Source of the DNA: Bacteroidales bacterium
GTDB taxonomy: Bacteria > Bacteroidota > Bacteroidia > Bacteroidales > WCHB1-69
DNA length: 64,000 bases
Assembly: GCA_017962275.1 (NCBI GenBank)
Contig: JAGCVQ010000028.1
Location: 3,740-67,739 of the forward strand
Direction: 5' to 3'
The notes under the pieces are model-generated. The model was not told the origin of the DNA, did no database searches, and saw only the letters and a program-made list of their open reading frames with translations. Position 1 is the stretch's first letter. Each line of letters opens with the position of its first letter. This document shows positions 8,665 to 17,757 of the stretch, in pieces. The position numbers and the translations under genes are program-made.

Positions 8665-10524
8665 TTAAGCGGAATGGGAGTCTTTCTTGCCGCTCCCGGT
8701 GCGGTAGGTGTAATCGTCCATAGAGTCGTTTGCGCGGCCTTCATGGTCGTTCGTAGGATTTGCAGGTTCTATGTCCTTGATATTCAGCTGCGTGTTCACC
8801 ACATTGTTCCAGCGGTTCTCCTCCACATGATAGAGGACGTTGAAAGGCTTGGAGTTACTGATGACGGGCAGAAGCGATTTCTGGTTGAAGGCGATACCGT
8901 CGAAGGAACCGCTGCGTTCGTACGGACTTAACACTCTGCATTTCAAGTGCTTGTCACCCACAATACGGGCGTTGCCTTCGTCCACCACACCGTCGGTCTC
9001 GAACACGGGTTCCATATTGCCAGGGCCGAACGGGGCGAACTTCTTCAGATTCTTCAGGAAGTGCGGGGTGATTTCCGACAGCTTCAGCCGCATATCGACG
9101 GTGATTTCCGGCTCGTAGGAGGATTCGTCGAGGTTCTCCTTGACATATTCTTCGAAACGTTGGGAAAACTCTTCAAGGTTCTCCTGCTTCATCGTCAGGC
9201 CGGCGGCGTATTTGTGTCCGCCGAAGTGTTCGAGCAAGTCCGCACAGGAATCGATGCCGTCGTAAATATTGAACTCCTTGACAGAGCGGGCAGAGCCGGT
9301 AATGAGGCCGTCATCGGAGCTCATGAGCACGATGGTGGGCTTGTAGAATTCTTCCACCAATCGGGAGGCCACGATGCCGATGATGCCTTTCTCCCAAGAG
9401 GGATTGTAGATGACGATGCTCTTGCGGTTTTCGAACTCGTGCGAGTTGCGAATCATGTCCATCGCCTCTTCCGTGGCGTTCTTGTCTTTCTGTTTGCGCT
9501 CGTTGTTCTGCTTGTTGATGCGGGTGCTGATCTCCATCGACTTGTCCTCGTCCTCCACAATGAAGAGGCGGACGGATTCCTTAGCGCTTTTGATGCGGCC
9601 GGCGGCGTTGATGCGCGGGCCGACGTAAAAGACTAAGTCAGAGATGGATATAACGCGGGTGAAGAAAGTGTCTTCGCTGAACGGCGGATAGGTTCTCATC
9701 TTGATGCCAGCCTGGTCGAGGATGGCGCGGATGCCCATGCGCGGGATTTTGTTGATCATCTCCAACCCGAAGTGGGCGAGAATACGGTTCTCGCCGGTGA
9801 TGGCCACGATGTCGCAGGCGATGCTGACGGCCACGAGGTCCATTCGCTTGAGCCAAAGCTCGTCGGGGAGCTCGTTGCGGAAGCAGTAACCCTGCACCAA
9901 TTTGAACCCGACGCCGCATCCGGAGAGCTCCTTGTAGGGGTAGGTGCAGTCCTTGCGCTTGGGGTCGAGGATGGCAAGTGCGTTGGGGAGAGTGTCGCCT
10001 TCGAGGTGGTGGTCGGTGATGATGACGTCGATGCCGTATTGGTTGGCTAAATCGACCATGTCGTTGGCCTTGATGCCGCAGTCAAGGGAGATGAGCAGGT
10101 TGATACCGTTGTCCCTGCAGTATTGGATGCCCTTTTCGGTGATGCCGTAACCCTCGGTATATCGGTCGGGAATGTAGTATTTGATGTATTCGTGGGCGTC
10201 GGAACCGCGGATTTCGCACAGGAAGGAATAGACAAGAGCGACGGCGGAGGTGCCGTCCACGTCATAGTCCCCATAGACCATGATTTTCTCGTCGTGGATG
10301 ATGGCCTTGGAGAGGCGTTCCACGGCGGTCGTCATGTCTTTCATCAAAAATGGGTCGTGAAGTTTCTCGATATTGGGCTCGAAGAAGTCACGGGCCTGCT
10401 GCACGGTGGTGATCCCGCGCTGCGCCAAGAGCGTGGCCAATGGACGCTCAAGATGCAGATGCTCACACAGTTGCGCGACCACTGCATCGTCCGGAATCTC
10501 TTTTATGACCCAATGTTTCTTCAT
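8665..10524 (-). CDS. recJ: single-stranded-DNA-specific exonuclease RecJ
   Basis: DHH/DHHA1 motifs (VYGDYDVDGTS, DHH, GGHKYAAG). 619 aa with a short C-terminal tail. Confidence 0.92.
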   Translation of the reverse strand: MKKHWVIKEIPDDAVVAQLCEHLHLERPLATLLAQRGITTVQQARDFFEPNIEKLHDPFLMKDMTTAVERLSKAIIHDEKIMVYGDYDVDGTSAVALVYSFLCEIRGSDAHEYIKYYIPDRYTEGYGITEKGIQYCRDNGINLLISLDCGIKANDMVDLANQYGIDVIITDHHLEGDTLPNALAILDPKRKDCTYPYKELSGCGVGFKLVQGYCFRNELPDELWLKRMDLVAVSIACDIVAITGENRILAHFGLEMINKIPRMGIRAILDQAGIKMRTYPPFSEDTFFTRVISISDLVFYVGPRINAAGRIKSAKESVRLFIVEDEDKSMEISTRINKQNNERKQKDKNATEEAMDMIRNSHEFENRKSIVIYNPSWEKGIIGIVASRLVEEFYKPTIVLMSSDDGLITGSARSVKEFNIYDGIDSCADLLEHFGGHKYAAGLTMKQENLEEFSQRFEEYVKENLDESSYEPEITVDMRLKLSEITPHFLKNLKKFAPFGPGNMEPVFETDGVVDEGNARIVGDKHLKCRVLSPYERSGSFDGIAFNQKSLLPVISNSKPFNVLYHVEENRWNNVVNTQLNIKDIEPANPTNDHEGRANDSMDDYTYRTGSGKKDSHSA

Positions 10525-10582
10525 TTTACACTCTCAAAAATATGCGCTGCAAATATAAACAAATTATTTGATAAGTTCAACT

Positions 10583-12040
10583 TTAAATATTTCCGATTTT
10601 CATTTTTTTGTCGATGTCGGAAATGTACTGCTTCATCTTCTTGTCAGTTTCGCTGAGGTTCCGGATGGTCCGGCAGGCGTGCAGGACGGTTGCGTGGTCC
10701 TTGTTTCCGCAATACGCGCCGATAACGGATAGGGGCAAATGCGTGTATTTCTTGGCGAAAAACATGCTGATCTGGCGCACCTGCACGATTTCACGCTTGC
10801 GCGTCTTGGCGTTGATGGCCTCGACGGAAACCCCGAAGTAGTCGCACACGATTTTCTGGATGTATTCGATGGAAATCTCCTTGGCGGTGGATTTCACGTA
10901 CTTATCAACCATCTCGCGGGCGAGGTCGAGGGTGATGTCGCGGTGGTTGAGGGAAGCCTGTGCCAGAATGGCGATCATGGCGCCCTCCAGTTCGCGGGTG
11001 TTGGCGGTGATACGCAGCGCGAGGTAGTCAATAACCTCCTTGGAGAACTCTATCCCGTTGTTTTCCAGCTTTTTGGTGATGATGGCGGTACGGGTTTCCA
11101 AGTCGGGAATCTGCAGGTCGGTGGCCAATCCCCACTTGAACCGGTTCAGCAGACGCGGCTCGAAACCGGTGATATCGACCGGCGATTTGTCGGAGGTCAT
11201 GATGATCTGCTTTTTGAGCTGGTGCAAATGGTTGAAAATCTGGAAGAAAGCCTCTTGCGTCTTAGTCTTGTTGCCGGAAATGAACTGGATGTCGTCGATG
11301 ATAAGCATATCGACGGCTTGGTAGAACCAGTAGAAATCGTTAAGGTTGTCGCTCTTCACGGCCTCCATGTACTGTTGGTAGAAAGTGTCGGCGCTGACGT
11401 AGATGACGATTTTGTCGGGGTAGTTGATTTTGGTCTGGATACCGATGGCGTTGACCAGGTGGGTCTTGCCGAGTCCCACTTCGGAATAGATGAACAGCGG
11501 GTTGAAGGGGGTTTGGCCGGGGGCTTTGGCGATGGACATGCCGGCGGCGACGGCCAGACGGTTGCAGTCACCCACCACATAGTTGTCGAAAGTGAGGGTC
11601 TCGGAGAGGTTGGAGGGGATACGCTGTTTCTTGATGCCGGGCACCACGAAGGGGCCGGGAATGTCCTTGCGTTCCATGGCGTTGACATCGAGAGGGGGCA
11701 TCATCAGCGGGTTCTTGACGGCCTTGCGGGGGGAGGAGGTGATGGTGATGGAGGCGTTTTGGGCGGGAGTCGTTCCGCGCTCCACCAGCACCTTGTAACG
11801 CAGACGGGCGTCGTTGCCCAACAGCTTGCGGATGGAGGTGCGCAGCAAATCGACGTAGTGCTCCTCCAACACTTCCTTGTACCACAGGCTGGGCAATTCC
11901 AACGTGAGCTGCCTGTTCTCCAAGGAGACCGCGTTGATGGGCTCGAAGATGGTCGAATAGACCTCCGGGGAAACCGTGTCCCGAATGATCTCCAAACATT
12001 GACCCCATATATTGGTATGCGTGGGTATCTCTTTTTCCAT
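10583..12040 (-). CDS. dnaA: chromosomal replication initiator DnaA
   Basis: Walker A GLGKTHL, AAA+ core and a C-terminal DnaA-box-binding helix region. Confidence 0.95.
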   Translation of the reverse strand: MEKEIPTHTNIWGQCLEIIRDTVSPEVYSTIFEPINAVSLENRQLTLELPSLWYKEVLEEHYVDLLRTSIRKLLGNDARLRYKVLVERGTTPAQNASITITSSPRKAVKNPLMMPPLDVNAMERKDIPGPFVVPGIKKQRIPSNLSETLTFDNYVVGDCNRLAVAAGMSIAKAPGQTPFNPLFIYSEVGLGKTHLVNAIGIQTKINYPDKIVIYVSADTFYQQYMEAVKSDNLNDFYWFYQAVDMLIIDDIQFISGNKTKTQEAFFQIFNHLHQLKKQIIMTSDKSPVDITGFEPRLLNRFKWGLATDLQIPDLETRTAIITKKLENNGIEFSKEVIDYLALRITANTRELEGAMIAILAQASLNHRDITLDLAREMVDKYVKSTAKEISIEYIQKIVCDYFGVSVEAINAKTRKREIVQVRQISMFFAKKYTHLPLSVIGAYCGNKDHATVLHACRTIRNLSETDKKMKQYISDIDKKMKIGNI

Positions 12041-12211
12041 TTGCAGTTTTTAGTTTTGTTAATTGGTTGCTATAACGCTTAATTCAAGCGTGTTATGCAA
12101 ATCCGATTCGTCAAAATTTCACCTCGCAAAACTAACAAAAAAAATGTTCAAAAAAATATTTTTTACCCCTTGATTTTTTGAAAAAAAAGTGTATAAGATT
12201 GCTAAAATCGG

Positions 12212-12925
12212 TTATGACAGCAAGTTACGGAACTGGTCGTATTTCCCGACATCGCACCATTCGTCTCCGTCGTGGACATGTGCGAGAATGCGGTGGTTTT
12301 CAGACATCGAAAGGTAGAAGCCTGTGACGGATGACTTTTCGACAGTGGGGATGGAATGCGCCAGTTCGGTGTTCATCACATGTATCCCGCTGAAAGCCAG
12401 CTCTTCGGCATCATCGGAAGTACCCGTCAGAATCTCCTCGCCGCTCTTCACGTTCCGCCATCCGCAAAGTTTCCCGCTTTCGCGGTCAAAGAGGAAGTAA
12501 CGTTGGGTTTGTCGGTGTCTTACTGCCAGCGTGGCGTCCGCCTTGTTTTGTATATGACTGGAAATAAGATTGTTGAGATCAATGTTGGAGACGATGTCCA
12601 CATTGTAGAGCAGAAGCAGGTCGCTTTTTTGCCACAGGTGTTCCGCGAATTTGAGCCCGCCGGCCGTGTCTCGAAGGTAAGCCCGCTCGTCCGAAACAAG
12701 GATGCGGTCCGCGAAGGGATGTTGCCGCAGCGCCTCGACCATCATGTCCGGGAAATGGTGCACATTGACGATGACATTTGAGACACCGCATCCGAACAAT
12801 TTGTCTAAAGCGTTGTCCAATAATGTCTTTCCATTGAAGCGAACCAATGCTTTGGGCTTCGTGGCGGTTAACGGGTAGAGGCGTGTGCCCAACCCCGCTG
12901 CGTATAGGAATCCGGTGATGTTCAT
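12212..12925 (-). CDS. sugar-phosphate nucleotidyltransferase family protein (MurU/GlmU-N-like)
   Basis: N-terminal LYAAGLGTRLYPLT..KPKALV signature. Confidence 0.75.
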   Translation of the reverse strand: MNITGFLYAAGLGTRLYPLTATKPKALVRFNGKTLLDNALDKLFGCGVSNVIVNVHHFPDMMVEALRQHPFADRILVSDERAYLRDTAGGLKFAEHLWQKSDLLLLYNVDIVSNIDLNNLISSHIQNKADATLAVRHRQTQRYFLFDRESGKLCGWRNVKSGEEILTGTSDDAEELAFSGIHVMNTELAHSIPTVEKSSVTGFYLSMSENHRILAHVHDGDEWCDVGKYDQFRNLLS

Positions 12926-13008
12926 CTTCGATTTTTTTGCGCCGCAAAAGTAACAAAAAGATGTTGATTACATCTTTCCGGCATGAAGTTTTTTTAATGG
13001 ATTTGTGT

Positions 13009-13016
13009 TATTTTTG
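13009..13016 (+). promoter_or_regulatory. -7 promoter box TAttTTTG
   Basis: TAnnTTTG about 29 nt upstream of the ATG at 13045. Confidence 0.5.
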
Positions 13017-13044
13017 CGGATTAAAATATGAAAATTGTCTGAAC

Positions 13045-13446
13045 ATGAAAAAAATAGTTTTTGTCGCCATCGCGGTTGCCGCTCTCTGCCTGGGGGGCTG
13101 CAAGGATAAGAAAATCACCACGCAATATACCATCGGATGCCTCGGATACCAATTCGGTTCTCCGGACGAGTCCAACTGGGAAGCGGTGGACCTGTATTTC
13201 CAGTCACATGTGGATTACAACAAGATTGTCGAGTTCGAAGGCATCTCGCTCGCGGAAAACGACGCTCAGGCAAGGGCGTATTATGACGAACAGATGGTCA
13301 AAGTGGACACGGCGTATGTCTGCTCGATGCTCACCGGTTCCGATTATTTCATCTACGGTATAGCCACGCTGAACGCCAGCGGCGACTATCGCTATATCAA
13401 AGCCATGAAGTTTCAGGAGGGCGGGGCTGTGGAGGTGACGCAATAA
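13045..13446 (+). CDS. lipoprotein, function unknown
   Basis: Signal peptide and lipobox LGGC. Start moved to the internal ATG downstream of the promoter box. Confidence 0.6.
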   Translation: MKKIVFVAIAVAALCLGGCKDKKITTQYTIGCLGYQFGSPDESNWEAVDLYFQSHVDYNKIVEFEGISLAENDAQARAYYDEQMVKVDTAYVCSMLTGSDYFIYGIATLNASGDYRYIKAMKFQEGGAVEVTQ

Positions 13447-13451
13447 TCCCC

Positions 13452-14099
13452 CTATTTTCTCACCCGTTCCTTCAACATCGGGACGAACAGACAGTCGCCG
13501 AAGTCGTTCTCTTCGTATTCGGTGTCGCTTGTTTTTACGATTTTTTTCATGATTTGGGATTCCACCCCCACGGGTATCACCATGATTCCCCCCACGGCAA
13601 GCTGTTCAAGCAACGCCTGCGGGATTTCCGGTGCGCCGCAAGTGACGATGATGCGGTCGTAGGGGGCGAACTGCGGCCATCCTTTGAACCCGTCTCCGTA
13701 GTAGGTGACCACGCTTGGAGCCAATTCGTCCAAAAGCGGCTTGGTCTGCTTGAAAAGGGCGATCTGCCGTTCGATGGTATAGACTTTCGCGCCCATGGCG
13801 TACAAGATAGCGGCCTGAAAACCGGAACCGGTGCCGATTTCGAGCACCTTGTGCCCGCGCTTCACCTCCAACAGCTGCGACTGGAATGCCACCGTGGAGG
13901 GCTTGGAGATGGTCTGGTCGGTGGTGAGTTTGATGGCGGTGTCCTCGTAGGCACGCGGCCATAACAACGACTCCATGAAGAGGTGCCGCTCCATCTTGTC
14001 GAAGGCGTTGAGCACGTTCTCGTCCGTGATTCCCTTTTGCCGGAGCCCCTCGATCATCCGTTTCTTCTGACCGAGGAGGAGGTAGTTCGATGTTGCCAT
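13452..14099 (-). CDS. pcm: protein-L-isoaspartate O-methyltransferase
   Basis: SAM motif VLEIGTGSGFQAA and typical Pcm length. Confidence 0.9.
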   Translation of the reverse strand: MATSNYLLLGQKKRMIEGLRQKGITDENVLNAFDKMERHLFMESLLWPRAYEDTAIKLTTDQTISKPSTVAFQSQLLEVKRGHKVLEIGTGSGFQAAILYAMGAKVYTIERQIALFKQTKPLLDELAPSVVTYYGDGFKGWPQFAPYDRIIVTCGAPEIPQALLEQLAVGGIMVIPVGVESQIMKKIVKTSDTEYEENDFGDCLFVPMLKERVRK

Positions 14100-14100
14100 T

Positions 14101-15516
14101 TTATCTGTGACCGAAGGAAGAACCGTCGAAGCAGTGGGTGCAGATGCGCTCTTTCGGCAGTCCGATAGCCTTCGTGATGGTGTCTATTGTGTTGAATTTC
14201 AGGGTGTCCACGCCGAGATGCTTGCGGATGACCTCCACCATGTTGGCGTATTCTTTCGAACTGCTGTCCATGTATCGTTCGAGGTTTTTGCTGTCGTCAC
14301 CCTCCAGTTCCTTGATGACGCGGCGGGTGATGAGTTCCATCTGTGTCTTGGAGGCGGAGAAGTTGAGGAATTCGCAGCCGTAGAGCAGGGGCGGGCAGCT
14401 GATGCGGATGTGGACCTCCTTGGCACCGTATTCGTACATCATCTTGACGTTGTCGCGCAACTGGGTGCCGCGCACGATGGAGTCATCGCAGAAGACGATG
14501 CGTTTGCCCTTGAGCAGGTCGCCGTTGGGCAGCAGCTTCATCTTGGCCACATGTTCGCGCATCTCCTGGCTGACGGGCATGAAACTTCTCGACCATGTCG
14601 GGGTGTATTTGACGATGGCGCGCTGGTAGGGGATTTGCTTGCCGTTGGAATAGCCGATGGCCATGCCGATGCCGGAGTCAGGAATGGGCGCCACGAAATC
14701 GACCTCGGTGTCGTCGGTTTTGCCCATGGCGTATCCGAGACCGTAGCGGGCATTCTCCACGTTGATGTTTTCGTAGTCCACCGAGGGGTAGCCGTAGTAG
14801 ATCCAAAGGAACGAGCAGACCTGCATCTTCGAGTTCGGGGCGAGCAATTGCTGGATACCGTCTGCGGTGATTTTCACGATTTCGCCGGGTCCCACGAAAT
14901 ACTCAGTCTGGTAGTCGAGGTTGGCGAAGCTGTGGTTTTCGGAGGCGACCACAAGGCCGTCGTCCCTTTTGCCGATGACGATAGGGGTGCGGCCGTAGAA
15001 GTCGCGCGCGGCGATGATGCCGTCCTCGGTCAGGATGAGCATGGAGCAAGAACCCTTTACTTTGTTATACACGTATTGTATGCCCTCCACGAAGTCATGT
15101 TTGCGGGTTATCATGAGCGCGACGAGCTCTGTGGGGTTGGTGGCACCGGCACTCAGCTCGGTGAATTGCTGGTTGCAGTCGAGGCACTCTTGTTCCAACT
15201 CCTTGACGTTGTTGATTTTGCCTACCGTGGAGATGGCAAAACGGCCGAGGTGGGAATTCACCACGATGGGCTGCGCGTCGGTGTCGCTGATGACCCCGAT
15301 GCCTGAATTGCCTTGGAACTTGCCCAGATCGTCGGCGAACTTCGTCCGGAAGTAGGAGTTCTCAATGTTATGAATAGAACGGCGGAAAAGCTTGGTATCC
15401 TCTTGATACGTCACTATTCCGCCGCGCTTTGTTCCGAGATGGGAGTGATAGTCCACCCCGTAAAACAGGTCCGCAATGCAAGGTTTGGTCGAGACGACCC
15501 CGAAAAATCCACCCAT
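14101..15516 (-). CDS. amidophosphoribosyltransferase-like protein (class II GATase fold plus PRTase domain) lacking the N-terminal Cys
   Basis: PRPP motif VFCDDSIVRGTQL. N-terminus is MGGFFG rather than MCG. Confidence 0.8.
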   Translation of the reverse strand: MGGFFGVVSTKPCIADLFYGVDYHSHLGTKRGGIVTYQEDTKLFRRSIHNIENSYFRTKFADDLGKFQGNSGIGVISDTDAQPIVVNSHLGRFAISTVGKINNVKELEQECLDCNQQFTELSAGATNPTELVALMITRKHDFVEGIQYVYNKVKGSCSMLILTEDGIIAARDFYGRTPIVIGKRDDGLVVASENHSFANLDYQTEYFVGPGEIVKITADGIQQLLAPNSKMQVCSFLWIYYGYPSVDYENINVENARYGLGYAMGKTDDTEVDFVAPIPDSGIGMAIGYSNGKQIPYQRAIVKYTPTWSRSFMPVSQEMREHVAKMKLLPNGDLLKGKRIVFCDDSIVRGTQLRDNVKMMYEYGAKEVHIRISCPPLLYGCEFLNFSASKTQMELITRRVIKELEGDDSKNLERYMDSSSKEYANMVEVIRKHLGVDTLKFNTIDTITKAIGLPKERICTHCFDGSSFGHR

Positions 15517-15675
15517 AGGTTTATGCTTTTTATCTGGTTATTAAAAAGTTAAAAGTGGGAAAAGAATGATTTCCACGGGTGGCAATTATACATTTTTTAA
15601 GACCTCGAACGATGCCGGAAAACACTTTTTTTATGAACAAAATTTGTTAATAAAACGCCGGGAGGGGAAAGGATG

Positions 15676-16782
15676 TCAGGCGAGTTTGGCGATTTCGGCA
15701 TAGATGAGGTCGATGGCGTCGGGCAGGGCGAGGCGTTTGATGTTGGTGCCGAGCGTTTGCATGCGGTCGGGATCCGACACTAATTGCAACAGCGTGGGCA
15801 TCAGCTTCTCCGGAGCCTCCTTGTCGGTGACGAGCAGGGCGGCGTCCTTGGTGGAGAGGGCTTTGGCGTTGAAGGTCTGGTGGTCTTCGGCGGCGTAGGG
15901 GAACGGCACGAGGATGGTGGGGGCACCCACAAGGGTCAGCTCCGACAACGCCAGCGCACCCGCCCGCGACACGATGACATCGGCCATGCTGTAGGCATCG
16001 TTCATGTTTTTGATGAACGGCACGATGCGGATGTGCTCGTCCTGCTGTTTCAGCAGTTCGGGGTCGATGTTTTTGTAGAAAAGCTCGCCGGTCTGCCACA
16101 GAAGCTGCAAATCGGCCTTGCGGAATTCGTCAAGATGGGCGGCCATGGTCTGGTTGAGGGTGCGGGCGCCGAGACTGCCGCCGACCACCAACACGGTCCG
16201 TCTTTCCGGGGTGAAGTTGAAATACTGGTAAGCGGATGCCGACTTGCGCTCCAGCTGCAGGATTTCCTTGCGGACGGGGTTGCCGGTCTTGATGATTTTC
16301 TCGGCCGGGAAGAACCGTTCGAGACCGTCGTAGGCCACGCAGATGGCTTTGGCCTTCTTGGCCAACATCTTGTTGGTGACGCCGGGGTAGGAGTTCTGCT
16401 CTTGCAGCAAAGTGGGGACGCCCAACTGGGAGGCGGCTTTCAGCGCTGGACCGCTGGCAAAACCGCCCACGCCGATGGCTAAATCGGGTTTGAATTCGCG
16501 GATGATCTTCCTGGCCTTGCGCATGGCCTGCATCATCACCACGGGCAGACGCAGATTGCACATCACGCCGCTGAGGGATTTGTCGCGGCTAATGCCGTAA
16601 ATCTCCAGTCCTTCAATGGGATAGCCGGCTTCGGGCACGCGCCGCATCTCCATCTTGTTGCTGGCCCCGATGAAGAGGATTTTCGCGTCGGGGTTCTCCG
16701 CTTTGATCTTGTTGGCGATGGCCAAGGCCGGGAAAATGTGGCCGCCAGTGCCGCCGCCGCTGATGAGGTATCGTTTTTCCAT
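15676..16782 (-). CDS. murG: UDP-N-acetylglucosamine--N-acetylmuramyl-(pentapeptide) pyrophosphoryl-undecaprenol GlcNAc transferase MurG
   Basis: GGGTGGHIFPALAIA N-terminus and GT28 architecture. Confidence 0.88.
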   Translation of the reverse strand: MEKRYLISGGGTGGHIFPALAIANKIKAENPDAKILFIGASNKMEMRRVPEAGYPIEGLEIYGISRDKSLSGVMCNLRLPVVMMQAMRKARKIIREFKPDLAIGVGGFASGPALKAASQLGVPTLLQEQNSYPGVTNKMLAKKAKAICVAYDGLERFFPAEKIIKTGNPVRKEILQLERKSASAYQYFNFTPERRTVLVVGGSLGARTLNQTMAAHLDEFRKADLQLLWQTGELFYKNIDPELLKQQDEHIRIVPFIKNMNDAYSMADVIVSRAGALALSELTLVGAPTILVPFPYAAEDHQTFNAKALSTKDAALLVTDKEAPEKLMPTLLQLVSDPDRMQTLGTNIKRLALPDAIDLIYAEIAKLA

Positions 16783-16927
16783 AGGGTTAAGGGTTAATGG
16801 TTAGAGGGTTAATGGGTTAAAGGGTTAGAGGGTTAAAGTTTATAGTTTATAGTTTAAGGTTCAAAGTTCAAAGTTCAAGGTTCAAAGTTTCAAGAGGAAA
16901 GCCAATAGCTAATAGCCAACAGCCAAT
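16783..16927. repeat. intercistronic low-complexity array of short tandem units (GGGTTAA-type, AGTTTAT/GTTCAAA-type, AGCCAAT-type)
   Basis: Read directly. It fills the whole murG-SDR gap. Confidence 0.85.
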
Positions 16928-17704
16928 TCAAAGTTCCCGTTTCACGATGCGGGAGAGCAGGGGGATGCGGAGGCGTTCGGGGATGAGTTTGATGAGGAGG
17001 TAGCTGAGCGGGTTGAGGATGACTTGGCGTTTGCCGCGGAGCATTCCGTCCACGTATCGGCGGGCGATGTCGGGGGTGGATTTTAGCGTGGCGCGACCGA
17101 AAAATCCTTGTTTCTCAATACGTTGCATAATTTCGGGACTGGTAGCCATGGCTCCGGGCGCGGCGAGCGTTACCGATACTCCTGTGCCTTTCAGCTCCTC
17201 GCGCAGCCCTTTCGTGAAGGCGTGCACAAATGATTTCGAGGCTGGATAGACGGTCTTCCAGGCTGTGGGGGTGAATCCTGCCATACTACCGATGTTAAGG
17301 ATATGGGCAGGTGTGTTTCGCCTCAAATTATCGATTAAGGATTTTGTCAAGATGGTGGTACACAGTATGTTGAGGTGGATAATCCGAAGCAGATAGTCCA
17401 TGTCGGCGGTTTCGAAAGCGCGGCTGCCGCCCGTGCCCACGTTGTTGACGAGAATGTTGACAGGATACTCGCCGGCAATCTTCTCCGCCCAACTACGGGT
17501 CTTGTCTTCATCGGCCAAGTTCACGACAAACGATTGGCAGTCAACAGGATAATGGCTTACGATCTCTTTCCGCACCGCATGTACGGCTTCCGTGGAACTG
17601 ACCAACAGGGTAGGATGCCCCCGCCGCGCAAGTTCCAAAGCAAGCTCCCGGCCCAGCCCCCTGCTCGCCCCCGTAATCACCGCATATCCAAATACCTTAT
17701 CCAT
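16928..17704 (-). CDS. SDR family oxidoreductase
   Basis: TGASRGLG cofactor motif and YxxxK region. Confidence 0.88.
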   Translation of the reverse strand: MDKVFGYAVITGASRGLGRELALELARRGHPTLLVSSTEAVHAVRKEIVSHYPVDCQSFVVNLADEDKTRSWAEKIAGEYPVNILVNNVGTGGSRAFETADMDYLLRIIHLNILCTTILTKSLIDNLRRNTPAHILNIGSMAGFTPTAWKTVYPASKSFVHAFTKGLREELKGTGVSVTLAAPGAMATSPEIMQRIEKQGFFGRATLKSTPDIARRYVDGMLRGKRQVILNPLSYLLIKLIPERLRIPLLSRIVKREL

Positions 17705-17757
17705 AACCGTCTAACCATCTAACCATCTAACCATGTAACCATCTAACCCTATAACCC
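17705..17757. repeat. tandem CTAACCAT-type repeats, complementary to part of the 16783-16838 array
   Basis: CTAACCAT occurs three times here, against ATGGTTAG at 16802-16809. The 3' end overlaps the last codons of the upstream CDS. Confidence 0.8.

Noticed and set aside
12041-12211. Possible oriC in the AT-rich 171-bp gap upstream of dnaA
   Set aside because: I found no cluster of TTATCCACA/TGTGGATAA boxes. The best matches (GTGTATAAG, TTATGCAAA) have two mismatches. Genes on both sides of dnaA are on the same strand, so there is no divergence of gene orientation. A whole-genome GC-skew and DnaA-box scan would be needed to settle it.
16783-16927. CRISPR array candidates among the tandem repeats (16783-16927, 20134-20221, 46651-46705, 59985-60114)
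   Set aside because: The repeat periods are 7-22 bp with no unique spacers of CRISPR length, and there are no cas genes in the window.
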